A DNA stretch of 32,000 bases, from assembly GCA_964496765.1 (NCBI GenBank), contig CAZCAP010000005.1, positions 7,721 to 39,720 on the forward strand, read 5' to 3'. Source of the stretch: an uncultured archaeon. GTDB taxonomy: Archaea; Iainarchaeota; Iainarchaeia; Iainarchaeales; CSSED10-239. Under the pieces are notes generated by a model, which made no database searches, was not told where the DNA came from, and saw only the letters and a list, made by a program, of their open reading frames with translations. Made by a program: the position numbers and the translations under genes. How positions within the stretch are numbered: position 1 is the first letter of the stretch; each line of letters begins with the position of its first letter. Positions 18,390-26,494 of this stretch are shown in pieces.

Positions 18390-20786
18390 TTATTTCCAAT
18401 ATCCTGGATGATATAATTCCATAAAATTATCATAGAAATACAAATAATAAGCTGTTTTTCTCATGCTTGCATAAACTGACCAGCTATCAAGCTCTCCAGT
18501 ACCATCATGTATTTTATATGGATAATAATCATTCACAGCTGGTATTCCTTTTGTGAAGTTCTTTGCACCAGAATCACTTCCGATCATGTATTGATAAAAT
18601 GATCCAAATGCAGTATTTATTGCTAAATCTATACTCCCATTTGGTTTATCTATATCATCTATTCCTTTTGTTTTGAATTCTGTTTGAAGCTTATCTCTTG
18701 ATTCTAGGAAGATTGCAGCAGAAAGTATTAATCCTTTCTTATGATCTGTTTTTGCATCATTAACAAAGTTCAAATAATCTTGATTACTTGTTATTGTAAT
18801 GCGAGCATCTCTAACAAATTCAATTAATTTTGGATGTGAAGTTAAATAATCTATATTACTATTTCCCCAGGTATTTACATTTACTTGCCCAACACCAAAA
18901 GAAACACCATCAGTTCCAACAGTAACTGTTTTATCAAAATTGGATTCTGATCCAATAATAGCAAACCAAATTGCATGTTCTTCTTCAGTCATTTGCATTT
19001 CAGTAACAAGATCATTCATATCTTTTATCACTTCATTATCTTTTGTAAAGTTTAAAGAATCATATTTTATTTTTATTGTCATTTCTAGATTTGCATCAGA
19101 ATCTTTAATAATTTGTCCAGGACCAGTTATCCCTGTTTGATTTATGTCGCTATTTAAATCAACCATTCTAAATGAACATAATTTTTGATTAAATAAATCG
19201 CATTTTTCTGAGGTTGTTGGCTCTGGAGTTATTGAATCAGATATTCCACCAGCTACTCCAGGGATCCATTCAGGAAGTGATCCACCATAGAATTTAATTA
19301 ATTTTCTATTGTTTATTTTGTAAATATCCACATTGATACTATTTACATCATCTACATATACAAAGAAATAATAGTCATAATCAGTTGGAGTTCCAACAAG
19401 AAGATAGTTTCCACTATTGATTGGTGATATTTGATTTAAATTTTGTACATTAATTGAGCTACTAGTTAAATCTATTTTTTTAGTTAGATTTTGTCCAATT
19501 TCAAAAGATGTAGACACAGAACTACAATTATTTAGAGTACTTGGAGTATTCCAATCAGTATTAATTTTGTTTGAATAATAACAAGTATCTCCTGTTTTTC
19601 CAGAAACTGTAAATTGAATTGTTGCAGTATTTTTTGTAAAATAGCAAACATGATTATCACAAATATATCCGTCTCCACTTGCATTTACAGGAGTTAATGT
19701 TATGCCTGCTGAGGCTGGACCTGATGAAGGTGTTCTTGGTTGTGTTGTTGAATCCGGAGTATGGGCTGGATTATCGTTTGGAGAAGGACTAGTGCTACAA
19801 TCACTAGTATCAATTGTACATTTCTCTTTATTACATTTTAAATTACCACTTGTGTATTTTGAATCGTATGAAACACAGGTTTTAGATGTTACCATATTAT
19901 TTGCAGCCACTGGATTATTTAAATTATCTCTAAAGTAAATAGTACCATTTGATGAAACTTCACATTCTTCACTATATTCTAAATTACCATTTGCTACTCC
20001 AATACACTTAGAAGTTGTAGAACCTGGGTTTGTATTAGTAGTTGATCCAACTCTAATTGTGTAACTTGTAGCAAAATAGTTTGGAGTAGTAAATATCTTT
20101 GTCTCATCTGAAATTAATTGATAAGTATATCGACCAGGACTACTTTCTGATAACGCCTCCAAATTTGCATGACGCGTCATACTAAACATGGTTTTACTGT
20201 GCAACACATTATATCTTAATAAATAAACATAAAACACACCATTTGTCTTATCCTTATAATCATCAGAAGTTATATTTAACACCCCAGTTGATGGATCAAA
20301 AAAGTTATATCTACAAGAAATATCCGCAAATTTAATATCACTTAATCCCTTCTCTTTTAGTTTTGAAACTAAATCTTGACGAGAATTTCCGCAATAGTTT
20401 TCAAAATTATTACTAGAAAATATAGTCAGTGAATTTCCAGTATAAAATGATTCTGAAAGGGTACTATCTAAAATAGATTTACTTCCTGCATCTAATTCAT
20501 TTGGGAAATAAATCACAAAAACAGATAATTTTGAATCATCATAAATTGTCCAAGCTACATTTATTATATTTGGCATATTTCTTTGCCACGAATTACCTAA
20601 ATCTGTCTTAGGAATATTTGAATTTGTATAATTTATTACTAAATTTCCCGTGGTAGATGAATAGGTTCCATCTTTTATGTTTAGACGTTGATAACTAGCA
20701 GCACTTACAACTCCAAGATTTATTAAAAACATTAACGCAATTATTGCAAATAGAATATATCCTTTATACTTCATCTTTACCCACAT
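18390..20786 (-). CDS. Large secreted protein with Cys-rich region, Ser/Thr/Pro linker and lysozyme/SLT-like C-terminal domain
   Basis: 798 aa; signal peptide (MKYKGYILFAIIALMFLINLGVVSAAS; start possibly 20774); CIGVANGNLEYSEECE...TCVSYDSKYTSGNLKCNKEKCTIDTSDC; C-terminal IIGSESNFDKTVTVGTDGVSFGVGQVNVNTW resembles the ES.F...S.G..Q.N pattern of lytic transglycosylases. Confidence 0.85.
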   Translation of the reverse strand: MWVKMKYKGYILFAIIALMFLINLGVVSAASYQRLNIKDGTYSSTTGNLVINYTNSNIPKTDLGNSWQRNMPNIINVAWTIYDDSKLSVFVIYFPNELDAGSKSILDSTLSESFYTGNSLTIFSSNNFENYCGNSRQDLVSKLKEKGLSDIKFADISCRYNFFDPSTGVLNITSDDYKDKTNGVFYVYLLRYNVLHSKTMFSMTRHANLEALSESSPGRYTYQLISDETKIFTTPNYFATSYTIRVGSTTNTNPGSTTSKCIGVANGNLEYSEECEVSSNGTIYFRDNLNNPVAANNMVTSKTCVSYDSKYTSGNLKCNKEKCTIDTSDCSTSPSPNDNPAHTPDSTTQPRTPSSGPASAGITLTPVNASGDGYICDNHVCYFTKNTATIQFTVSGKTGDTCYYSNKINTDWNTPSTLNNCSSVSTSFEIGQNLTKKIDLTSSSINVQNLNQISPINSGNYLLVGTPTDYDYYFFVYVDDVNSINVDIYKINNRKLIKFYGGSLPEWIPGVAGGISDSITPEPTTSEKCDLFNQKLCSFRMVDLNSDINQTGITGPGQIIKDSDANLEMTIKIKYDSLNFTKDNEVIKDMNDLVTEMQMTEEEHAIWFAIIGSESNFDKTVTVGTDGVSFGVGQVNVNTWGNSNIDYLTSHPKLIEFVRDARITITSNQDYLNFVNDAKTDHKKGLILSAAIFLESRDKLQTEFKTKGIDDIDKPNGSIDLAINTAFGSFYQYMIGSDSGAKNFTKGIPAVNDYYPYKIHDGTGELDSWSVYASMRKTAYYLYFYDNFMELYHPGYWK

Positions 20787-20856
20787 TTAAGTTAATTAGT
20801 TAGTCTAAAATATCTATATATTATATGGATACATTTAAAAAGGTTAATCTTGAGAG

Positions 20857-20893
20857 GAGAATAGAAAGAACTTTATTTGAGAATAGAAAGAAC
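20857..20893. repeat. 15-bp direct repeat, 22-bp period
   Basis: GAGAATAGAAAGAAC at 20857-20871 and again at 20879-20893, straddling the stop codon of the AbiEi-like ORF. Confidence 0.85.
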
Positions 20894-21460
20894 CTTCTCT
20901 TGTAGGTGAATAGGATATGCTGTTAAATATTCATTTAACTTCTTCTTATCTATCTTCTCTTTTATATCTTTTATAACTTCTTTTGAAAGAGAAGACTCTT
21001 CTTTATAATAAATAAAATCTATTAATGTCTTTTCTATGTCTGAAACTGGCACCTGTATATTATAATAATCTATAAAATCAAATCCAAAGAAGTATTTTCT
21101 GGTTATCCTATGGAGAACTATATTTCCTCCATCAAAAGATGATTTCACTCCAGATCTTACTTTCTTTGTAGTTATTATTACTGGATTTGTTTCTTGCTCC
21201 CATAGGTTCCTAAAAGATAAGGCTTCTTGTAAACCATAATAAAATGGAGAATAAGAAAATCCAGAAACCATGATGTCTTTTGCAAAAGTATATTTACCTC
21301 TAGTTATTCTTATTATTTCTTTCTTTTTTAATAGATTATGAATTAACTTTTGTAAATACTCATTTGATATTCCTTTTTCTTTAAGTAATAGAAACAGATC
21401 TCTCTTTGAAAAACCTAGTTTATCTTTATATCTTTCTTTAATTAATTGTAAGTATTTCAT
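20873..21460 (-). CDS. AbiEi-like antitoxin / wHTH regulator
   Basis: 195 aa; N-terminal winged-helix with KKKEIIRITRGKYTFAKD, then AbiEi-like YYGLQEALSFRNLWEQ...VIITTKKVRSG and VSDIEKTLIDFIYY; adjacent to an AbiEii-like nucleotidyltransferase. Confidence 0.78.
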   Translation of the reverse strand: MKYLQLIKERYKDKLGFSKRDLFLLLKEKGISNEYLQKLIHNLLKKKEIIRITRGKYTFAKDIMVSGFSYSPFYYGLQEALSFRNLWEQETNPVIITTKKVRSGVKSSFDGGNIVLHRITRKYFFGFDFIDYYNIQVPVSDIEKTLIDFIYYKEESSLSKEVIKDIKEKIDKKKLNEYLTAYPIHLQEKVLSILK

Positions 21461-21473
21461 AATTATCTTGATT

Positions 21474-22139
21474 TTATATATTAAATCTTCTTTTTAGTGC
21501 ATCCAGCATTTGCTTTACTGTTGGAACAACACCTGTTAAAATTATTGATTTAAAGATTGGTTCATCAACAGTTGATAAAGGAAATAACTTGATTAGTTCA
21601 ATTACTTGTTTTTTATATTCTTTATTATCTGAAATAAAATAACTTAAATAATAAACATCATAAATATCTCTAATTAATCTTCTATTAAGGTATGCGTTTG
21701 CTTTTTCAAGTAATAGATCTTCAACAGATAAGGTGTATATAGAGATAATACTTCCATCTATTTTTTCATATTCTCTAACTACTTTTTTTAAAAGAATTGG
21801 ATCTTTCTTTTTTAATATTCTTATTTCTACTCTAACATCGATTTTATTATTTGATGCTTTTGCAAAGATAACATTATCCGTTTGTTTGTATTTAATTAAA
21901 TTTAAATTTATTTTTTCTAATGTTTGTTTTATTTTTACTTGGATATCTCCTTGTTCAACTAAATAAAAATCAAGATCTTCTGAATATCTATTCCCACCAT
22001 AGCATCTCCATATTGTTGTTCCTCCATGTAATATTAAATCAGGTAGCACATCATAGAGATTAGTAATTAATTCATCTTGTAGATATCCTTGATCCTTATG
22101 ATATTGTTTCTTTAGTTTATTTGAGAGAGGTAGCCTCAT
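21474..22139 (-). CDS. AbiEii-like nucleotidyltransferase toxin
   Basis: 221 aa; LILHGGTTIWRCYGGNRYSEDLDFYL (GG(T/S)...R.S.D.DF nucleotidyltransferase motif) and VEDLLLEKANAYLNRRLIRDIYDVYYLSYF. Confidence 0.88.
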   Translation of the reverse strand: MRLPLSNKLKKQYHKDQGYLQDELITNLYDVLPDLILHGGTTIWRCYGGNRYSEDLDFYLVEQGDIQVKIKQTLEKINLNLIKYKQTDNVIFAKASNNKIDVRVEIRILKKKDPILLKKVVREYEKIDGSIISIYTLSVEDLLLEKANAYLNRRLIRDIYDVYYLSYFISDNKEYKKQVIELIKLFPLSTVDEPIFKSIILTGVVPTVKQMLDALKRRFNI

Positions 22140-22162
22140 AGTTTATCACAAATATATAAATA

Positions 22163-22193
22163 ACCAAAAGGTATATAAAAAGGTACTTTTGGT
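22163..22193 (-). promoter_or_regulatory. Candidate operator/promoter for the AbiE-like pair
   Basis: ACCAAAAG (22163-22170) - 15 nt - CTTTTGGT (22186-22193), perfect 8-bp inverted repeat enclosing a minus-strand TATA-like CTTTTTATATAC, about 25 nt upstream of the toxin ATG. Confidence 0.55.
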
Positions 22194-22217
22194 CACCCAC
22201 ATGAAGAGACAAGACAT

Positions 22218-22237
22218 AAATACTTTTATAAGTATTT
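22218..22237. promoter_or_regulatory. Inverted repeat upstream of cysS
   Basis: AAATACTT-TTAT-AAGTATTT, perfect 8-bp arms, 4-nt centre, containing a TATA-like segment. Confidence 0.35.
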
Positions 22238-22299
22238 TCTATCTTTATAATATATCTAAAGCAAATAATAGAGAGAACTAATGAAAAGGATAGAATTAT

Positions 22300-23748
22300 A
22301 TGACTATTAAATTATATAATACACTCACAAGAAAAAAAGGAATCTTTAAACCTGTTGAAAAAGGAAAATTAAAGATCTATGTTTGTGGTGTTACTGTTTA
22401 TGATGAAGTACATCTAGGTCATGCAATGTCCTATATCTATTATGATATGCTTATTAATTATTTTAAACATTTCCACAGCTATGATGTGCTATATGTTAGA
22501 AACATAACAGATGTTGGGCATATGACAACTGATGCTGATGGTGGAGAAGATAAAATAGAAAAAAGAGCAATTGAAAGAAAGATCCATCCAATGGAGCTTG
22601 TTTACAAGTATACCCATAGTATGTGGAAGAACTTTGATGCAATCAATCTTGATAGACCAAATCTTGAACCACAGGCATCAGCACACATTCTTGAAATGCA
22701 GGAATGGATTAAAAAAATGCTTAAAAATGGATTTGCCTATGAAGTAAATGGAAATGTGTATTATGATATCTCAAAATTTGAAAACTATGGTAAATTCTCA
22801 AACAATAATGTAGAGGACATGTTAAAAGATACAAGATTTAAGAATGATGAACAAAAAAAACATGCAGGAGATTTTGCTCTTTGGATAAAAGCAGAACCAA
22901 AACACATTTTAAAATGGCCATCTCCCTGGGGTGAAGGATACCCTGGATGGCATCTTGAGTGTTCAGTCATGGGAACCAAATATTTAGGAGATAAGTTTGA
23001 TATTCATGGAGGAGGAATTGAACACCTGTTCCCACATCATGAAAATGAGATTGCACAAAACTATGGATATTTTCAAAAAAGAGTAGTAAATAATTGGGTG
23101 CACACTGCTCTACTAATGGTTGATTCACAGAAGATGGGAAAATCTAAAGGTAATTACATAACCATAGAAGATTTCTTAAAAACACATTCACCTGAAAGCC
23201 TAAGATATCTTGTTCTCTCTGGGCACTATAGAAAACCACAAAATTATACAGAGAAAGCAATTACAGATTCAGAGAATGCAGTTGAAAGAATAAATAATTT
23301 TATTTTAAGATTACAAGATATTAAGAATGAGAAGGAAAGTAAGTTTGCAGAAGCAATCATTGAAAATTCAATTGCGAACTTTTCTAAACAAATGGATGAT
23401 GATTTAAATACACCTGCTGCATTTGCTGAAATATTCTTTTTAATTAAAGAAACAAATAAGTTGATTGATACTGATAAAATAAATGTTTCTGAAGCAGAAA
23501 AAATACTTAACTTTCTTAAAAAAATTAATTTCGTGTTTAAAATATTCACATTTATTAAGAAGGAAGATCCAAGCAAACCCAAAAAGAATAGAATCAAGGA
23601 ACCAGAAATACTTGAACAGATTAAAAAAAGAGATGAACTAAGAAAGAAGAAAAAATGGGAAGATGCAGATGTTATTAGAATGAATCTCCAGAAGAAGGGG
23701 GTTGTTCTTTTTGATAGTAAGGACGGAACCACCTGGAGATACGAATAA
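22300..23748 (+). CDS. cysS: Cysteinyl-tRNA synthetase
   Basis: 482 aa; YVCGVTVYDEVHLGHAMSYIYYDML, WHLECSVMG, DIHGGGIEHLFPHHENEIAQ and QKMGKSKGN. Confidence 0.97.
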   Translation: MTIKLYNTLTRKKGIFKPVEKGKLKIYVCGVTVYDEVHLGHAMSYIYYDMLINYFKHFHSYDVLYVRNITDVGHMTTDADGGEDKIEKRAIERKIHPMELVYKYTHSMWKNFDAINLDRPNLEPQASAHILEMQEWIKKMLKNGFAYEVNGNVYYDISKFENYGKFSNNNVEDMLKDTRFKNDEQKKHAGDFALWIKAEPKHILKWPSPWGEGYPGWHLECSVMGTKYLGDKFDIHGGGIEHLFPHHENEIAQNYGYFQKRVVNNWVHTALLMVDSQKMGKSKGNYITIEDFLKTHSPESLRYLVLSGHYRKPQNYTEKAITDSENAVERINNFILRLQDIKNEKESKFAEAIIENSIANFSKQMDDDLNTPAAFAEIFFLIKETNKLIDTDKINVSEAEKILNFLKKINFVFKIFTFIKKEDPSKPKKNRIKEPEILEQIKKRDELRKKKKWEDADVIRMNLQKKGVVLFDSKDGTTWRYE

Positions 23749-23750
23749 AT

Positions 23751-24131
23751 TTATTTCTTTTTCTTGGATTTTTTTTCTATTTTTTTCTTTTCCAATGGAA
23801 ATACATCGTTTACACATTTCATACCATAATCAAATGTTTCTTTATCTAGATTAATTCCAATTCCTTTTCTTTCAAGCTCGTTCATGAATTCTCTCTTTGA
23901 AATTCCTACTAATCTTGCTCCCCCAGTTAGATCTAAATTGTTATCATAATAGGCTTTAATTGCGTTATCTAATTTATATTCATATACTCCTTTATCAAAA
24001 AACATTCTTGCAACTTCTGATTCAGTTAAATTTTTTTCTTTAGCAACCGCATAAATCACACTTAATGAACTATCAGACAACCTATATGATTTTAATTTTT
24101 TTAATTTATATTCACTCATAATTATTTTCAC
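23751..24131 (-). CDS. UPF0175-like putative antitoxin
   Basis: 126 aa; RLSDSSLSVIYAVAKEKNLTESEVARMFFDKGVYEYKLDNAIKAYYDNNLDLTGGARLVGISKREFMNELERKGIGI resembles UPF0175 antitoxins; overlaps a PIN-domain ORF. Start may be 24119 (MSEYKLKK). Confidence 0.72.
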   Translation of the reverse strand: MKIIMSEYKLKKLKSYRLSDSSLSVIYAVAKEKNLTESEVARMFFDKGVYEYKLDNAIKAYYDNNLDLTGGARLVGISKREFMNELERKGIGINLDKETFDYGMKCVNDVFPLEKKKIEKKSKKKK

Positions 24132-24645
24132 CCTCTATTACTTTTAATCCCCATAAAGTAAATCTTGAATTAATACTTTTTTTCAATTGTATAATTTTAT
24201 CTCTTGCATCTTGTTTAGAAATTATATTTTTTCTATATAATATATAAACAAAATGAATACTAGTAAATAATCTTATCTTATTTTTTTCACAATACTGCAA
24301 TGGGCCATTATCATCTAATAACACACCCATATTTCTTTCTTTTGCGATTGTTAAAATATATATTTCTCCTGAATCTTCAGATAATTGTTGTTTAATATCT
24401 TTTGGAATCTCAAGTGGATTAATTAAAGTAATTAATCCTGCATCAATAAAAGATTTAAATAAATCTGCATCTTTTGGAGTATATAATTCTCTCTTTGGAT
24501 GATCAAGCAACTCCTCCCTTACTTTCTCTGTTGAATAAAGTTCAAAATAATCCAGGAGATATTTAGCAAGATCTATTTTATTTATATTTATCCAAAATGA
24601 AGAATCAATAACTGCTTTAACCTTAGTATTACTCATATAACACAT
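24112..24645 (-). CDS. PIN-domain toxin-like protein
   Basis: 177 aa; KAVIDSSFWININ N-terminal PIN Asp, SEDSGEIYILTIAKERNMGVLLDDNGPLQYCEKN second acidic cluster; paired with UPF0175-like ORF. Start may be 24636. Confidence 0.8.
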   Translation of the reverse strand: MCYMSNTKVKAVIDSSFWININKIDLAKYLLDYFELYSTEKVREELLDHPKRELYTPKDADLFKSFIDAGLITLINPLEIPKDIKQQLSEDSGEIYILTIAKERNMGVLLDDNGPLQYCEKNKIRLFTSIHFVYILYRKNIISKQDARDKIIQLKKSINSRFTLWGLKVIEGENNYE

Positions 24646-24651
24646 ATGTAG

Positions 24652-24683
24652 TACAAAAGGTTTAAAAAGTGTATTCTTTTGTA
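24652..24683 (-). promoter_or_regulatory. Candidate operator/promoter for the PIN/UPF0175-like pair
   Basis: TACAAAAG (24652-24659) - 16 nt - CTTTTGTA (24676-24683), perfect 8-bp inverted repeat around a minus-strand TATA-like CTTTTTAAACC; a second overlapping inverted repeat GTGTATT-7 nt-AATACAC at 24669-24689. Confidence 0.55.
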
Positions 24684-24719
24684 ATACACACCTAAATTAA
24701 ATCTAATAAATTATATGGA

Positions 24720-25652
24720 TTAATCTGCATCTCTTTTTGCCATCTTATTTGCTAAATTATATCCAATAGCCAGTAAATTACTTTCAATAACTAATATTAT
24801 TTTTTCACTAATATTATTTTCTCTTGCAATTTTAGAAAGTAATTTTGAACACTTATTATATTGATTAATTATTGTTACATATGTCCATTTTTTTTCAATA
24901 ACAGGAGTGGTTTTATTTTGTTTGAGATCATCTTCCAGATCTATATAATCATCAATCATTTGAACTAAATAACCAACATCATACATTAAATCAATATATT
25001 TTTTTGGAACAGTAGTATTGATTGTACTATATAATAAATCCATACTTGCTTTAACACCATATTCTCTATAACTCTTTTTATGTGTAATGCTTTTAGCTTC
25101 TGCATCACACCATTTTTCAAAGTATTTAATTTCTGTATAATTAAGCTTACTTGCTAAATATGATAATAATGAAACTAGATTTGATTCATTAGTAGTTGTG
25201 CAATTAAGAGCAGACTTAATTATTTTTGATCTTTTACTTGGAGAATAAATATTTAATTCATGATCAAAAATATGATCTATTACAACATTAAAAGTTGCTG
25301 CATATATAATTTGTTTACGCATTTCTTTTGGAAAGGATATTAAATTTAAAGTTTTTAAAAAATATTTTTCGTTAAGGTTAAGTACTTTTGAGAAATATCT
25401 GTATTTATTATATTTCTTACCACTTACAAAAAGCATAATATATGCTCCAAGAGCATAAACTGCTGTTGTGCCTAGTCTTAACTTAAGATAAAAAGAAGTT
25501 TCTTTAATTTCTGGGCAATATTGATTAACTAAAGGGGCTATATATTTATTAAAATCATTATTTGTTTTTTTTATAATTATTGTAAGTATATTATTATTAG
25601 AATCCTTTTTAAAAAAAGCATATAATCTATTAATTCTTTTAACCCTATTCAT
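24720..25652 (-). CDS. Divergent class I isoprenoid-synthase-like protein
   Basis: 310 aa, all-helical; VVIDHIFDHE and VGYLVQMIDDYIDLEDDLKQNKTTPVI resemble the two Asp-rich motifs of trans-prenyltransferase/terpenoid-synthase-fold enzymes. Confidence 0.6.
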   Translation of the reverse strand: MNRVKRINRLYAFFKKDSNNNILTIIIKKTNNDFNKYIAPLVNQYCPEIKETSFYLKLRLGTTAVYALGAYIMLFVSGKKYNKYRYFSKVLNLNEKYFLKTLNLISFPKEMRKQIIYAATFNVVIDHIFDHELNIYSPSKRSKIIKSALNCTTTNESNLVSLLSYLASKLNYTEIKYFEKWCDAEAKSITHKKSYREYGVKASMDLLYSTINTTVPKKYIDLMYDVGYLVQMIDDYIDLEDDLKQNKTTPVIEKKWTYVTIINQYNKCSKLLSKIARENNISEKIILVIESNLLAIGYNLANKMAKRDAD

Positions 25653-25750
25653 AAATTATCACATTGTAATATATTAGAATAGAAAAATATATAAATAAAC
25701 AGAATATTTAAGATATATTGATTCTCAGACCTACTTCCTGCAAGAAATAG

Positions 25751-25822
25751 CGCCCCGGGTAGGACTCGAACCTACAACCTATCGATTAACAGTCGATTGC
25801 TCCGCCATTGAGCTACCGAGGC
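25751..25822 (-). tRNA. tRNA-Asn (anticodon GTT)
   Basis: Acceptor GCCTCGG/CCGGGGC + G73; anticodon arm ATCGA-CTGTTAA-TCGAT; T arm GTAGG-TTCGAGT-CCTAC. Confidence 0.94.
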
Positions 25823-25832
25823 ATTAATTAAA

Positions 25833-26459
25833 TTAAATTTTATGTTTGCTTAGGATTTTAATTACCAGATCAAAAGTCTCTTTTGGGGTTAAATTTGTAG
25901 TATCTATTAAATATCTTGGTTCTGGAAATAATTTTTTTAATAACTTATTTTTATTAATTAACTTATAAAAAGCCATGGTTTCTAAATATTGGCTTTTCAT
26001 GAATGTATGTGTTTCAAATTTATCTTGGTTAGGGTCATCTTTAATCCTATCATATGCAATTTTTGGGTCAGCAACTAAATAAATGCTGATTGTTGGTTTT
26101 TCAAAAGCATCTGGTTTAAGAAGATTATTTGTTTCATTATAATCAACTCCCCATGCTTTATTAAATATAAAATGATCCATAAATCCCCGCTGAGAGATAA
26201 TAATTGGCTCTTTTAAACGCCATTCATTTATTTTATAGTTTGTGATTCTATAATCAGCAATAAATAAAATAATATCAGTATAAACATCAGTAAATATTTT
26301 GCCATAACCAGATATCTTTAAAGAATCTCTTACAAATTGATGATATGGTGATTTAAATGAAAGCGCACCATAATATTGTGACAAACTATTTTTCAAAGTT
26401 GTTTTTCCACTACCATCCAGTCCAGTGATTACAATCCATTTTCCTTTTTTCTTTTTCAT
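25833..26459 (-). CDS. Thymidylate kinase-like P-loop nucleotide kinase
   Basis: 208 aa; WIVITGLDGSGKTTLKNSLSQYYG and a later IYLVADPKIAYDRIKDD; the usual TMPK D-R-Y motif is replaced by SQRGFMDHF. Confidence 0.72.
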   Translation of the reverse strand: MKKKKGKWIVITGLDGSGKTTLKNSLSQYYGALSFKSPYHQFVRDSLKISGYGKIFTDVYTDIILFIADYRITNYKINEWRLKEPIIISQRGFMDHFIFNKAWGVDYNETNNLLKPDAFEKPTISIYLVADPKIAYDRIKDDPNQDKFETHTFMKSQYLETMAFYKLINKNKLLKKLFPEPRYLIDTTNLTPKETFDLVIKILSKHKI

Positions 26460-26494
26460 AACACAACCATTTTATTATAAAAAGATATAAACCA

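Noticed and set aside
22281-22310. Nine-codon upstream ORF (MKRIELYDY) overlapping the cysS start out of frame
   Set aside because: Short enough to arise by chance and lacks Cys codons or other signs of an attenuator peptide.
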